Of a stretch of DNA of 34,794 nucleotides, positions 7,997-16,871 are shown in pieces. Made by a program: the position numbers and the translations under genes. The number at the start of each line of letters is the position of its first letter. Position 1 is the first letter of the stretch. The notes beneath the pieces are model-generated. The model was not told where the DNA came from, made no database searches, and worked only from the letters and a program-made list of their open reading frames with translations. Source of the stretch: a virus (Duplodnaviria; Caudoviricetes); IMG/VR virus record IMGVR_UViG_3300022742_000086, positions 1 through 34,794 of that record. The stretch is one strand, 5' to 3'.

Positions 7997-10377
7997 TTCG
8001 TCGTCTTCACCACGCGACGGCGGACCAGATCACGCAGCGCCTTATCGAGCGCACCGCCACGCTTTAGCGAGCGCACGACATCCTGCGAATCCTGCGCCTG
8101 GATCGATATCGGCGGCAGCGCCATGCCGCCGCCAGCGCCCTCGAAACCGGCATCAGCCAGGCGCCGGATCACTGCCGCGTGCTGCGACGGCAGCACCATT
8201 TCTTCTTCGTGGAGCTGAGTCACCGGATTGACGCCCTTGGGGATCGAGTAGCCCCGGGACGCGGATTTCATCCGTCCGCTCATCGCTGAGACCGCGGCAA
8301 AGATGGCGCCCATCGCCGCAATCGCCAGGATCGGCCCAACCCAGGGGATCGACGCCTGCGATGCCGCCGCGCCTGTGCCTGCCTCAACGGCGTTGGCCGC
8401 GGCGACGGATGTTGCCTCGGCGGTTTTGGTCGCGACGACTGCCGTGCTGGCCGTGGTCTGCGCGGCCTGCTCTTGCGTCAAAAACCCCATTTTCATGGCG
8501 AGCTTCGTGGCTTCGCCCACCAGCCACTTACGCACCATTTCGCCGACGACCGACGTCGCAAACCAATTGGCCATTTCCAGGCCGATGGCGCGGAACGCGT
8601 TGCGCCAGCGGAAGGTGCCGTTCATCATCGCCTGGATGCCCTGCCCCCACAGCGTCTGCATGCGGCTGCCCAGGTCGTCCCAGATGCGGCCGCTTTCCTC
8701 GGCCGACTTGTTCTGCAGCTGGCGCAGGCGCATCAGGTGCTTCCGCTCCTGCTCTTCGATCTGATGCTGTAGCTTGAGCCGGGCGACCGGGCTGGTATTC
8801 GGATCTTCGTCGGCCATCTGCAGGCGCTCTTCCAGCGCCTGGCGCTGCACCGCGTTGCGCCGCTGCTCGAACTGCATCTCCTGCTCGATGTACTGCTGAT
8901 TGGTCATCAAGCCGATGTTGAGCGCGGCTTGCGCGGCGGCCTGCTCGGCTTCGATTCGATCAAGCGCCACGGCCTCGTGGTAGGCCGTCATCTCCGCGTC
9001 GACGTCCTGCTTTTCCTTGGCCTCCTGCCGGCGCACTGCGACTGTCAGATCGGAGACTTTTTTCTCGATGGCTAGGCGGTCCTTTTCCTTGAGGTCCGCA
9101 TACTTCGCCAGCTGCGCCCAGAAGGCCAGTTCTTCTTGCTTCGTGTACTCGCGCAGCGCGTCCTTTTCAGACGCCAGGCGCTTCTCTTCGGCCAGGGCGG
9201 CCTCGTAATACTGCATGTAGCTGGGGTCGGACTCCTTTTTTTCGGTATCAGGCTTGACCAGGCCATTGGCGCTTTTTCCGCCTTTTGCACCGTCGACCGC
9301 AGTTGCGGTGCCCTGCCCAAAGATCGCGGCGATGCGGTCGCGGGTGCTCTGCGCCTTGGCCGTCATGACGTCAAACGCCTGCCCCCAGGCGCCGGAGATA
9401 ACACCGCCCATGCCGCGGATTTCTTCGGCGCCGCCATAAAAATCGCCCGCCATGGCCTTGCCCAGCGCCATCGTCATCGCACGGATGGGCTCGGTCACCG
9501 TGACGACCATGGCGTTGATCGTTTCCCACAGCACCGTGACGCCGGTTGTGACAAGGTGAAACGCCGAGGCCAAGCCACCAAGCGCCCCGCGAATGACCAG
9601 GACAGCAGCCGGGCCGACCGCGATAAACCAGTTGCCCAGCGTAGCCAGCACCGGCATCAGCACGGTGCCGATCGTCTGCTGCACGGCCCGCAGCGTGGCG
9701 CTGACACCCTTGGCCGACTTGTCGTAATCCTCGAAGGCCGCGACGCTTTCTTCGGTGATCGTCGCGCCCAGCGCCTTCTGCCGCTCGATGTTTTCATCGA
9801 TCAGTTGCGTGTTGATTTTGGCGAGGTCGCCGGCGATTTCGAAGCCCTTGCCGAATAGCTCCGACGCGGCAATCGCGCGATCGGTGCCGGCCTTGTATTT
9901 GCCGGTGAGCGCAATGGCCTCGATCGTCAGTTCGTTGAGCGGGCGCAGGTTACCGGCGGCATCGCGCGTGGCCAGCCCCATGCCCTGCAGGCCGGACTCG
10001 TTGTTTTTGAGGTTCGCGGCCAGCTTCTGCGCGGCCCCCATGAAGGTGCCGACCTCGACGTTTTCTTCCGCTAGGGCGGCCTTGAGATCGCCGGCGGCCG
10101 TCGCCGTGATGCCCATCGCAGCGGCCATGTCGACGCTCTGCTCGTTCCACTCCTTGGCCATGTTCACGGCTTCGGCGAATACGGCGCCGCCGGCCAGCAC
10201 GGCGCCGACGGCCAGGAACTTATCGCGCAACGCATCGAGCGGGCCGCCGAGTTTGCCGAGCGATTTCTCGCCTTCCTCACCAAATCGCTTGAGGTCGGTC
10301 AGCGCCTCGCGCAGTTTTTGCCGAAACGGCGAAACATCGCCGTCGACGATGATTTCCGGGTTTTTGTCACTCGCCAC
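7993..10377 (-). CDS. Tail tape measure protein
   Basis: 794 aa, Ala-rich helical; C-terminal ASIPWVGPILA and QLHEEEMVLP; follows the chaperones. Confidence 0.92.
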   Translation of the reverse strand: MASDKNPEIIVDGDVSPFRQKLREALTDLKRFGEEGEKSLGKLGGPLDALRDKFLAVGAVLAGGAVFAEAVNMAKEWNEQSVDMAAAMGITATAAGDLKAALAEENVEVGTFMGAAQKLAANLKNNESGLQGMGLATRDAAGNLRPLNELTIEAIALTGKYKAGTDRAIAASELFGKGFEIAGDLAKINTQLIDENIERQKALGATITEESVAAFEDYDKSAKGVSATLRAVQQTIGTVLMPVLATLGNWFIAVGPAAVLVIRGALGGLASAFHLVTTGVTVLWETINAMVVTVTEPIRAMTMALGKAMAGDFYGGAEEIRGMGGVISGAWGQAFDVMTAKAQSTRDRIAAIFGQGTATAVDGAKGGKSANGLVKPDTEKKESDPSYMQYYEAALAEEKRLASEKDALREYTKQEELAFWAQLAKYADLKEKDRLAIEKKVSDLTVAVRRQEAKEKQDVDAEMTAYHEAVALDRIEAEQAAAQAALNIGLMTNQQYIEQEMQFEQRRNAVQRQALEERLQMADEDPNTSPVARLKLQHQIEEQERKHLMRLRQLQNKSAEESGRIWDDLGSRMQTLWGQGIQAMMNGTFRWRNAFRAIGLEMANWFATSVVGEMVRKWLVGEATKLAMKMGFLTQEQAAQTTASTAVVATKTAEATSVAAANAVEAGTGAAASQASIPWVGPILAIAAMGAIFAAVSAMSGRMKSASRGYSIPKGVNPVTQLHEEEMVLPSQHAAVIRRLADAGFEGAGGGMALPPISIQAQDSQDVVRSLKRGGALDKALRDLVRRRVVKTTK

Positions 10378-10379
10378 GA

Positions 10380-10715
10380 TCAGAGATCCAGTAGGTCAAG
10401 CATGGGGTCATCCGGGCGGCCCTCGGTGATCGAGATACCGCGCGACTCCGCAGCCCGCAGAAAGTCGTCAAGGGACTGCGGTTTTTTTGGTGCAGACGCC
10501 TGCACTGGCGCGGGATCGGCGATGCCGAGAAACAGCGCGATGCGGCGCAGCTGCACATCCGGCCGCTGCACGACTTGCCAGTAATTCGAGAGCCGGAGCG
10601 CATCAGGAAAGGTCAGTGAATCGAGGACGTAGTCCCAAGTCCAGCCGGTGCCGACGACGATGCCGGCCAGGAATTCGTCCCAGTCGATTTCGCCATCGTC
10701 GTCAGAAGCTCCCCC
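10380..10715 (-). CDS. Tail assembly chaperone T portion (expressed as a G-T fusion by -1 frameshift)
   Basis: The -1 frame is open from the slippery site: GASDDDGEIDWDEFLAGIVVGTGWTWDYVLDSLTFPDALRLSNYWQVVQRPDVQLRRIALFLG... Confidence 0.8.
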   Translation of the reverse strand, partial: GGASDDDGEIDWDEFLAGIVVGTGWTWDYVLDSLTFPDALRLSNYWQVVQRPDVQLRRIALFLGIADPAPVQASAPKKPQSLDDFLRAAESRGISITEGRPDDPMLDLLDL

Positions 10716-11107
10716 AGGTCGGCCCGGCCAGCCTCCACGACCGGCAGACCATTGACGCGGGCGATCACATCGATGACCGGCGACAGGTCAAACAGCGATA
10801 CCGTCAATCGCTCGATCGTAGCCGGCGGGGCGTTGAGCCCGAGCGCCAGCACCTGGACCAGGTCGTCGTAAAGCGCTTCGTCGATCTCCCAGGCGGCGAA
10901 GCGACGCGAGCAGCGGATCAGCGCCGGCACCAGATCGCGGCAAGCGCGGATCGGCCGCGGCCGGACCACGAACACCCGACCCTCGATGACGACCGGCTCG
11001 CCCCCGGTGAGTCGAGCGACCAGCCGGCGCACGCGCAGACCACGCAACCAGGCGCCAGCGCGGGCCAGCAGGCCCACACCGGGCAGCGGCGCAATGACGG
11101 TCGTCAT
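10613..11107 (-). CDS. Tail assembly chaperone G
   Basis: Between the major tail and tape measure genes; has CTG GGG GAG near its 3' end. Confidence 0.8.
   Translation of the reverse strand: MTTVIAPLPGVGLLARAGAWLRGLRVRRLVARLTGGEPVVIEGRVFVVRPRPIRACRDLVPALIRCSRRFAAWEIDEALYDDLVQVLALGLNAPPATIERLTVSLFDLSPVIDVIARVNGLPVVEAGRADLGELLTTMAKSTGTNSWPASSSAPAGLGTTSSIH
10709..10715 (-). promoter_or_regulatory. Programmed -1 frameshift slippery site G GGG GAG
   Basis: In-frame heptamer where the overlapping T frame becomes chaperone-like. Confidence 0.7.
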
Positions 11108-11109
11108 GG

Positions 11110-11865
11110 TCAGAACAGGCAGATGTAGCCGACGATTCCGGCCGAGTTGGCGAAGGCCTGCGCCTCGAAATCGCCAACCGCGAAATCGTCCGACTTATAC
11201 GGCAGACCCAGCTTGCCGGAGACGCAGCGGTTGAGCTTCATCACCAGCGTCTTGCCGTCATAGCCGTTCTGCAGCAGCAGCGTGAACGAGGGCGTGTAGC
11301 CCATCGTGTCGTTGGTCATCGTCCAGATTTGGCCGCCGGTCGCGGCGCTGTACTCGTAGCTGACGGCGATGGGCTTGCCGGTATCGGCCGCGGCAAAGGT
11401 GTATTTCCCGCCGGCGCTGAGCATGTATTGACCGGTTGCCGGTGCCGCCGCGACACGTGTCATCTGCACGCCGGTATCGGTCCGGAAAACCCCCAGGTCG
11501 GCGACGAACGTGCCGGCGCCCGGCGGGGCAACCGTCAGTTCATACGGCGCCGCTGCCGGGATCGTCGCGGCGAAATCCAGCTGGGCCGCCTTGATGCCCG
11601 CCGCCGCCGTCTTGCCGAAGAACAGCGAGCCATACACGCCGCCGTCGATCTCGGCATTCTTGCCCTTGATCTCGATCTTGCCCTTCCCCTGCCCGACGGC
11701 GATCGGGTAACGGCCTGCGCCGTAGAGCGTCTTGATTTCGACCGAGATGTCGACGGAGACATCCTGCATCGAGCCGAGGATGACCGGGGTCGGGGTGGCG
11801 ATGACCGAGCCGTCGTAAGCATTGGTGGGCGTGCAGATGAGCTTGCCGGAGCCGAACTGGAACAT
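11110..11865 (-). CDS. Major tail tube protein
   Basis: 251 aa, beta-rich, strong SD (AAGGAG); between tail terminator and chaperones. Confidence 0.85.
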   Translation of the reverse strand: MFQFGSGKLICTPTNAYDGSVIATPTPVILGSMQDVSVDISVEIKTLYGAGRYPIAVGQGKGKIEIKGKNAEIDGGVYGSLFFGKTAAAGIKAAQLDFAATIPAAAPYELTVAPPGAGTFVADLGVFRTDTGVQMTRVAAAPATGQYMLSAGGKYTFAAADTGKPIAVSYEYSAATGGQIWTMTNDTMGYTPSFTLLLQNGYDGKTLVMKLNRCVSGKLGLPYKSDDFAVGDFEAQAFANSAGIVGYICLF

Positions 11866-11876
11866 GGTGGTACTCC

Positions 11877-12308
11877 TTAACTGAGGTTCCGGGTCACGTC
11901 GCCCGGGCGGGTGAGAAACTGGATTTGATAGCGCGCGGTGAGCACGTCGGCGGTGATGTCCGCTTCGTCGGATTCGGTGTCGGTCGCCAGCAGGCGCAGG
12001 TCATAGCCGAGACTGCCGAGCGCGGCGTCCGACATCAGCACGGCATGCGTCGCCACATGCAGCGCATCGGCGGCGGTTTCGCCGGCGACGACCAGGTGCG
12101 AGACCAGGAATTCAAACCGCACGCGCTCGACGCGAGCCGCGTGCGCAGAGACATCCGACGGGCCGCGCTTGATCTTGATCGCCGGCAACTCCTCTTCGTC
12201 CAGCGCCGCGCGGCGGTTGCGGAAAACACGATCGGCGACGATGCCGGCGGTCAGCAGCGTGGATTGCACCTGCGCGAGGATCTGCTCGCAGACGCTGGCT
12301 GTACTCAT
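11877..12308 (-). CDS. Tail terminator (gpU-like)
   Basis: RVFRNR...ELPAI pattern, 143 aa, just upstream of the major tail gene. Confidence 0.75.
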   Translation of the reverse strand: MSTASVCEQILAQVQSTLLTAGIVADRVFRNRRAALDEEELPAIKIKRGPSDVSAHAARVERVRFEFLVSHLVVAGETAADALHVATHAVLMSDAALGSLGYDLRLLATDTESDEADITADVLTARYQIQFLTRPGDVTRNLS

Positions 12309-12610
12309 GCGCCGCTCCGCTTGAGTGAGAGCGTGTATTCGGCGCCATCCTCGGTCAGCACAGGGGCTTCGCGCGCGAAATAGGTCTTTCCGCCGATGAC
12401 GAAAATATCCTCTTTGCGGACCACCGGCAGTGCGCCGGCCGGGTAGCGGATGCCGAGGTCGACCGCCTGGACCTCACCGTTGACCAGGCCGATGCCCGGC
12501 TGATCGAACAGCACGCGAGCATCCGTCGACGCACCACCCCCGCGCGGCGTATGCCGGGCGAGGGTGGAGAATTCGTCATAAAAAAAAGGAAGGTCGGCGG
12601 CAAAGTCCAT
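12305..12610 (-). CDS. Head-tail joining protein (gpFII-like)
   Basis: MDFAADLPFFYDEF start; small beta-rich protein; position. Confidence 0.75.
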   Translation of the reverse strand: MDFAADLPFFYDEFSTLARHTPRGGGASTDARVLFDQPGIGLVNGEVQAVDLGIRYPAGALPVVRKEDIFVIGGKTYFAREAPVLTEDGAEYTLSLKRSGA

Positions 12611-12661
12611 GCGCCGATGATCGGTTTTCGGCGCGGACAAAAATAGGCAAAAAAGGTCCGC
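12611..12661 (-). promoter_or_regulatory. Putative late promoter 3: 27-bp box, 12 nt, GATCAT, 6 nt, ATG
   Basis: Box 12635-12661 is identical to those at 19422 and 21634. Confidence 0.7.
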
Positions 12662-12670
12662 GCCGGCCGG

Positions 12671-12961
12671 TCAGTCCGGCCGGTAAAACCTCGCCGGCAC
12701 GCCGTTGCGCCAGTAGTGCGCGGTGACAATCTGGACCAGCGCAATCGCCGCCAGCAGCGCCATCGAAAACCACCCGGGCTGCAGCCCCCAGGCCAGCGGC
12801 GCGACGAGGCCAGCGCTCGCCACCAGGCCGAGAGCGACGAAAGATGCACGCACTGCCACGCGCACCCGCGACGTCGATTGCACGGCGCGGCAGAACACCG
12901 ACCACAGCACGACCAGGCACAAGGCTTCGTGCATGACCAGCAGTGCGGCGCCGGCGGTCAT
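12671..12961 (-). CDS. Small multi-TM membrane protein (holin/antiholin candidate)
   Basis: 96 aa, about 3 hydrophobic helices; overlaps the upstream holin stop (ATGA). Confidence 0.65.
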   Translation of the reverse strand: MTAGAALLVMHEALCLVVLWSVFCRAVQSTSRVRVAVRASFVALGLVASAGLVAPLAWGLQPGWFSMALLAAIALVQIVTAHYWRNGVPARFYRPD

Positions 12962-13335
12962 GATCGCCCCCCGCCGGCCAGCCGTTCGAGCAGCGTTCGG
13001 ATCGCGCCAGCGAGCGCATCCCAGACCATGCGCCAGCCGTTGCCCAGCGCGCCAATCATCAGCGCGACCGGCGCCAGCGCCTCAAGCGCCGGCAACCCCC
13101 AGCTGCGCTCGATGGCGGCGGCGAGGAACACCGTTAGCACGACGGCCGTCGTCGTTACGCGGATCAGTAGCCAGGCGCCGGCCGTGCGACTGATCGTCTC
13201 GGCCGACGACAGCGGCCACATTGCCCCGGCGAGCGCGGCAAAGATGATCACGGCGTACGGGCCGACCATCGGCCCCAGCAGCGCGATTGCCAGCACCGCC
13301 AGCGACATGCCCGAAGTTGAGGTAGGTTCTGCCAC
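12958..13335 (-). CDS. Putative holin
   Basis: GTG start after GGGAG (MAEPTSTS...), 3-4 TM helices, charged C-terminus. Confidence 0.7.
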   Translation of the reverse strand: MAEPTSTSGMSLAVLAIALLGPMVGPYAVIIFAALAGAMWPLSSAETISRTAGAWLLIRVTTTAVVLTVFLAAAIERSWGLPALEALAPVALMIGALGNGWRMVWDALAGAIRTLLERLAGGGRS

Positions 13336-13349
13336 ACTGACTCCCTGGG

Positions 13350-13736
13350 TCAATCAATGGTGTGCCACGGCTCGCCCGCGGAAAATCCGGAGATAGCGAG
13401 CCATGCGTAATCGAGATCGTCGCGCCGGACGACATCCGGCAGGCGGTTGTCGAGCACCCAGCCGGCGACCTCGGCGACCAGATGGGAATCCCCGACCTCG
13501 GTAAAGCAGAGGACGAAGCGGGCCGGCAACCCCTGCTGCCGAGCGAGCATGACGGCCAGCGAGGCGAAATCGTCGCAGTCGCCAAGGACGCGACCGTGCG
13601 CGGCCAGCTGTTCGCGGATCTCGGCCGTGGAAATCCAGTGCTCGGCCGAGCCGAAGGCCAGCAGGTCGGAGGCATAACGAAACTGCTGCAGGCAGGTCAG
13701 CTGCAGATGATGCAGCGTGCGGTAATCAACAGTCAT
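13350..13736 (-). CDS. Transglutaminase-like cysteine peptidase (BTLCP/LapG-like catalytic domain)
   Basis: Y.SD...FG..EHW, GDCDDFA, HLV and VLDN give a Cys-His-Asp triad; start MTVDY at 13736. Confidence 0.8.
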   Translation of the reverse strand: MTVDYRTLHHLQLTCLQQFRYASDLLAFGSAEHWISTAEIREQLAAHGRVLGDCDDFASLAVMLARQQGLPARFVLCFTEVGDSHLVAEVAGWVLDNRLPDVVRRDDLDYAWLAISGFSAGEPWHTID

Positions 13737-13893
13737 GACCGCGCGCCCGGGCATCGGTACAGCCGGCCGGCGGCGCGATCTCACGGCCGGCGGTAAAGGG
13801 GGTCGGGGCACAGGCCGCGAGACCAACGGCCAGTGCCAGCATCAGCACGACCAGGACGGCGGCGGTCTGGAGTACGTGCGGACGGCGCTTCAC
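13726..13893 (-). CDS. Small lipoprotein (55 aa) overlapping the peptidase start
   Basis: GTG start overlapping the upstream stop; MKRR, hydrophobic stretch, LAA-C; mature part APTPFTAGREIAPPAGCTDARARGHDC. Confidence 0.65.
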   Translation of the reverse strand: MKRRPHVLQTAAVLVVLMLALAVGLAACAPTPFTAGREIAPPAGCTDARARGHDC

Positions 13894-14234
13894 GATGCCC
13901 ACACCCGGTATGGCTGCGCCGGCGGCGCCGGCAGCAGCACGTCGGCCAGCGCGCCGCATTGTTCGTCCGACAGCTCGGCGAGCAAGTTCGCATGCCAGCC
14001 CGGCACCGGCGCCATTTCTGGCACTTCCATGCCGTCGACCGTCAGCGTCACGCCGGTTGGCTTGTGAATCGTCCCGATCACGTCAAGCGCGTAGTCCGCA
14101 TTTGTGATAAATGCGGCGGGCATCGGAACGCCGTCAACTTCTGTTTCCTCGCTGTTTGACACCGAAACTATCCCCACAGCCAGCAACGCGGCGACAAGCC
14201 GATCTTCTGACTCTGCTTTAAGAAAATAAACCAT
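13890..14234 (-). CDS. Fibre-associated protein (possible chaperone)
   Basis: 114 aa, SD AGGAG, ALDVIGTIHKPTG...GWHANL...PYRVW; directly after the fibre gene. Confidence 0.65.
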   Translation of the reverse strand: MVYFLKAESEDRLVAALLAVGIVSVSNSEETEVDGVPMPAAFITNADYALDVIGTIHKPTGVTLTVDGMEVPEMAPVPGWHANLLAELSDEQCGALADVLLPAPPAQPYRVWAS

Positions 14235-14243
14235 CGTTCACTC

Positions 14244-16523
14244 CTAGGCCATGTGCGGTGTTATTGCCGCAACGTAGTCGGGTACAAGCAGCGAGGTGCC
14301 GTAACTGCTCGGGTGTAAAAGATCGGTAAACAGAGATGCGTTCGAGGTATTTGCGATGTTCCCCATCACCGGATTTGCCGCCAGGTCGACGATAAAATCG
14401 GCGCCCCAGGCGGCATAATTTTCACGCACCAAGTCGTTATAGGCTTGAGCGGCCACCCACTTTGCAGAATCCAACACCCAGTTGTATCGCGGGAGGCATG
14501 TTGCTATCCCGACCCGATCAATCAGTGCTGTTTTCGCGTCGGCTATTCGCGCCTGCGCAATAGCAGCGATCGCGCTCGCCGAAGTCCCCGCAGCAATATC
14601 GTTCGCACATGCCTCAAGTATCCAGATGAGCCGTTTCTGGCTCCAACCCTTGAATGCATTGAAGTAGTTCGGTGCCGCAGGAATTGCGGCCATGGTCGCT
14701 CCGAAGACACCTGCGTTGATCAGCCTGCTCCGCTTCGGCAGCGCCGCATCCAGCTGCCGGGTCAGGTTCTGACACAGCGTCGTTCCGGTGCCTTCGAGAA
14801 TCGAGTCACCGGTCAGCCCGATCGTATTGTCGAAATCGGTCTGCACGCCAAGTGACCCCTCGAACGACATGCGCGCGGCTGCCATCGCAGCGGCTGGCAG
14901 AACGCCGGTGTAGAGGCTGATTGCCAGTGCCTCGAATTTCCCGCGACGGACGCCAGAAAGGTCGTTCGCAATCATGCCGCCGGCAGACACGCCGCTGCCG
15001 CTGATGGCAGACCGACTGAACGAACGCTCCGCGATGTAGTGCTTGACGTTCGATTCGCTCGATGTGACACCGAAAATACCCGGATTCGACGGCACATATT
15101 GAGGCGTCGTCTGAGTCGATCCGGCGACAAAACTCTGCCCGTTCAGCACCTCGAACTTGCCAATCGTTGCCGGGGTGCCGTCCTTGAGAGACACCCAGCA
15201 CGATGTGTTTTGTCCGATCGTTTGCCGGCCGAAGAACAGCATCGTCAAATTGCGGACATTTAGCGCAATAGACGACGGCAGATCAAGCTGAGCCGTTATT
15301 AGGGGCGACCCATTCGAGCCGTCGAAAATCAGCGATGGAACCCCGTTGACCGTGATGTCTGCGCGGATTTTCGGCCGGTTTGAAGCAGCCGTTGGCGTGT
15401 GCTTCGAGCCCATCTGATCATAGAGCTTTGTGACCTGCCCTGTTTCTGCGCCGAGAAATTCCGTCAACGCTGCTGTATCAAGCTTTTGTCCAGAAAATCC
15501 AATAGTGATAGATGCGCTATCGGACGGACGCACCACGTCGAAAGCGGGGCCGAAATACCCGGCCAAGGGCACAACACCGTAATAAACAGCAGGAGCCACT
15601 GGCGAACTGAAATAAAGAGCATCAGCTGGCTGCCCGAGAGGACCGGAAAGAGTCCTGATGTCGCTGATTCTCCGCGGGTAATAATCGAATTTAGAAACGT
15701 GGCATTCTGCTCCATCCGACGCCGGAAATATCCTCAACACACCGGCCCAGGTCACTGCTTTATGCCAGACGATCTGCCCGCCCTGATGACTCGTGTAAAC
15801 GCCGTTGGCGTCGTAGCTAATAGCGGTTTTTCCTGGACCGTAGGAACTCACAACCGTTGTTCCGCCGATGCTGATCAGCGCCTGGCCGGCTGGCGCGTCG
15901 TGCTCGATGACGAATGTCCCAGCGGCTCCAGAAAACCATTGCTGTGCGGTGTCGATTGTCGCTTGATCGGCGACAACGGTTATCTGAGACCCTTCGCCGG
16001 TGATCAGGGACGTGGCTTGTGTTCCAGCCTCAACCTGTAGATTCGTGACCGTTCCGGAAGGCGTCAGCACAAGCGATCCGGCCGACGTTGGAAAAGCGAA
16101 GGTTTTCCGCGCGGGCCCGAGTCCGTTGATCGTGCCAGCATAGGCGCCGCTGAGTGTGATTGATCCGTCGCCCCAGAAGCTGACAGTTAAATACCCCTGA
16201 GAAACCGCAATCGTCTCGGACGAAACAGGTGATGCTGACACGGTATTAAGGCGTGTTCTTTGTGCCGAGATCAAGAGCCCTAGTGCGGAATGCGTGGTTT
16301 GATCGTGGTCGAATCTCGGTTGATTTGCCGCGACTGACTCGACGACGCCTGCCGAATTGATGCGTGTGGCCGCTCCGGTGGCTCTCGATAGCGAAATGAT
16401 GTCGCCGAAGCCCTTAGTGGACAAGCCCATGCTGTACCTCTGCTGCAGAAAATTCAGATTAAGTGACGACTGGTCGCCGCGACGCGGCGCCAGGGCTAGC
16501 GTCAGGCCGAGCGGGATGTTCAC
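14244..16523 (-). CDS. Putative head-spike fibre with lectin-like domains and C-terminal SGNH/GDSL hydrolase
   Basis: N-terminal LGLTLAL and SLNLNF...Y, SRATGAATRINSAG, PRFDHD...GLLI fibre motifs; SGNH blocks GDS, NAGVFG, AND and DLLHP. Confidence 0.75.
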   Translation of the reverse strand: MNIPLGLTLALAPRRGDQSSLNLNFLQQRYSMGLSTKGFGDIISLSRATGAATRINSAGVVESVAANQPRFDHDQTTHSALGLLISAQRTRLNTVSASPVSSETIAVSQGYLTVSFWGDGSITLSGAYAGTINGLGPARKTFAFPTSAGSLVLTPSGTVTNLQVEAGTQATSLITGEGSQITVVADQATIDTAQQWFSGAAGTFVIEHDAPAGQALISIGGTTVVSSYGPGKTAISYDANGVYTSHQGGQIVWHKAVTWAGVLRIFPASDGAECHVSKFDYYPRRISDIRTLSGPLGQPADALYFSSPVAPAVYYGVVPLAGYFGPAFDVVRPSDSASITIGFSGQKLDTAALTEFLGAETGQVTKLYDQMGSKHTPTAASNRPKIRADITVNGVPSLIFDGSNGSPLITAQLDLPSSIALNVRNLTMLFFGRQTIGQNTSCWVSLKDGTPATIGKFEVLNGQSFVAGSTQTTPQYVPSNPGIFGVTSSESNVKHYIAERSFSRSAISGSGVSAGGMIANDLSGVRRGKFEALAISLYTGVLPAAAMAAARMSFEGSLGVQTDFDNTIGLTGDSILEGTGTTLCQNLTRQLDAALPKRSRLINAGVFGATMAAIPAAPNYFNAFKGWSQKRLIWILEACANDIAAGTSASAIAAIAQARIADAKTALIDRVGIATCLPRYNWVLDSAKWVAAQAYNDLVRENYAAWGADFIVDLAANPVMGNIANTSNASLFTDLLHPSSYGTSLLVPDYVAAITPHMA

Positions 16524-16526
16524 CGG

Positions 16527-16805
16527 TCAGGCCCCCGGCGTGAGATGCGCCGTGCCGCTGGCATTGCTGATGATCGCCAGCCGGTTGCCCCTTGCGATGC
16601 CGGTCAGGCGCACAAAGGAACCGGCGGGCACGAACTGGTCGGTGCCGTCGGCCACGGCCACCGGTGCGGCGCCCTGGCGGACGTAACAGTCGACGTCGCT
16701 GTAGATCGAGCAGCTGGATGCGTTGATCGGAGCGGACTGCGCAGATACGCCGGACACGGCGATTTTCTGGCTGTTGCCGGGGGCAAGGTCAAGTGTCAGG
16801 CTCAT
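16527..16805 (-). CDS. Small beta-rich protein, candidate head-spike base
   Basis: 92 aa, SD GGAG, between the capsid genes and the fibre. Confidence 0.6.
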   Translation of the reverse strand: MSLTLDLAPGNSQKIAVSGVSAQSAPINASSCSIYSDVDCYVRQGAAPVAVADGTDQFVPAGSFVRLTGIARGNRLAIISNASGTAHLTPGA

Positions 16806-16822
16806 TGCGGTTTCTCCATGCG

Positions 16823-16847
16823 CACTGCGCGCCCGAGGCGCGCAGTG
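16823..16847. other. Intergenic 11-bp perfect hairpin
   Basis: cactgcgcgcc-cga-ggcgcgcagtg; no U-tract. Confidence 0.6.
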
Positions 16848-16871
16848 TCTAGGGTTTGAGTTGATCCAGGC

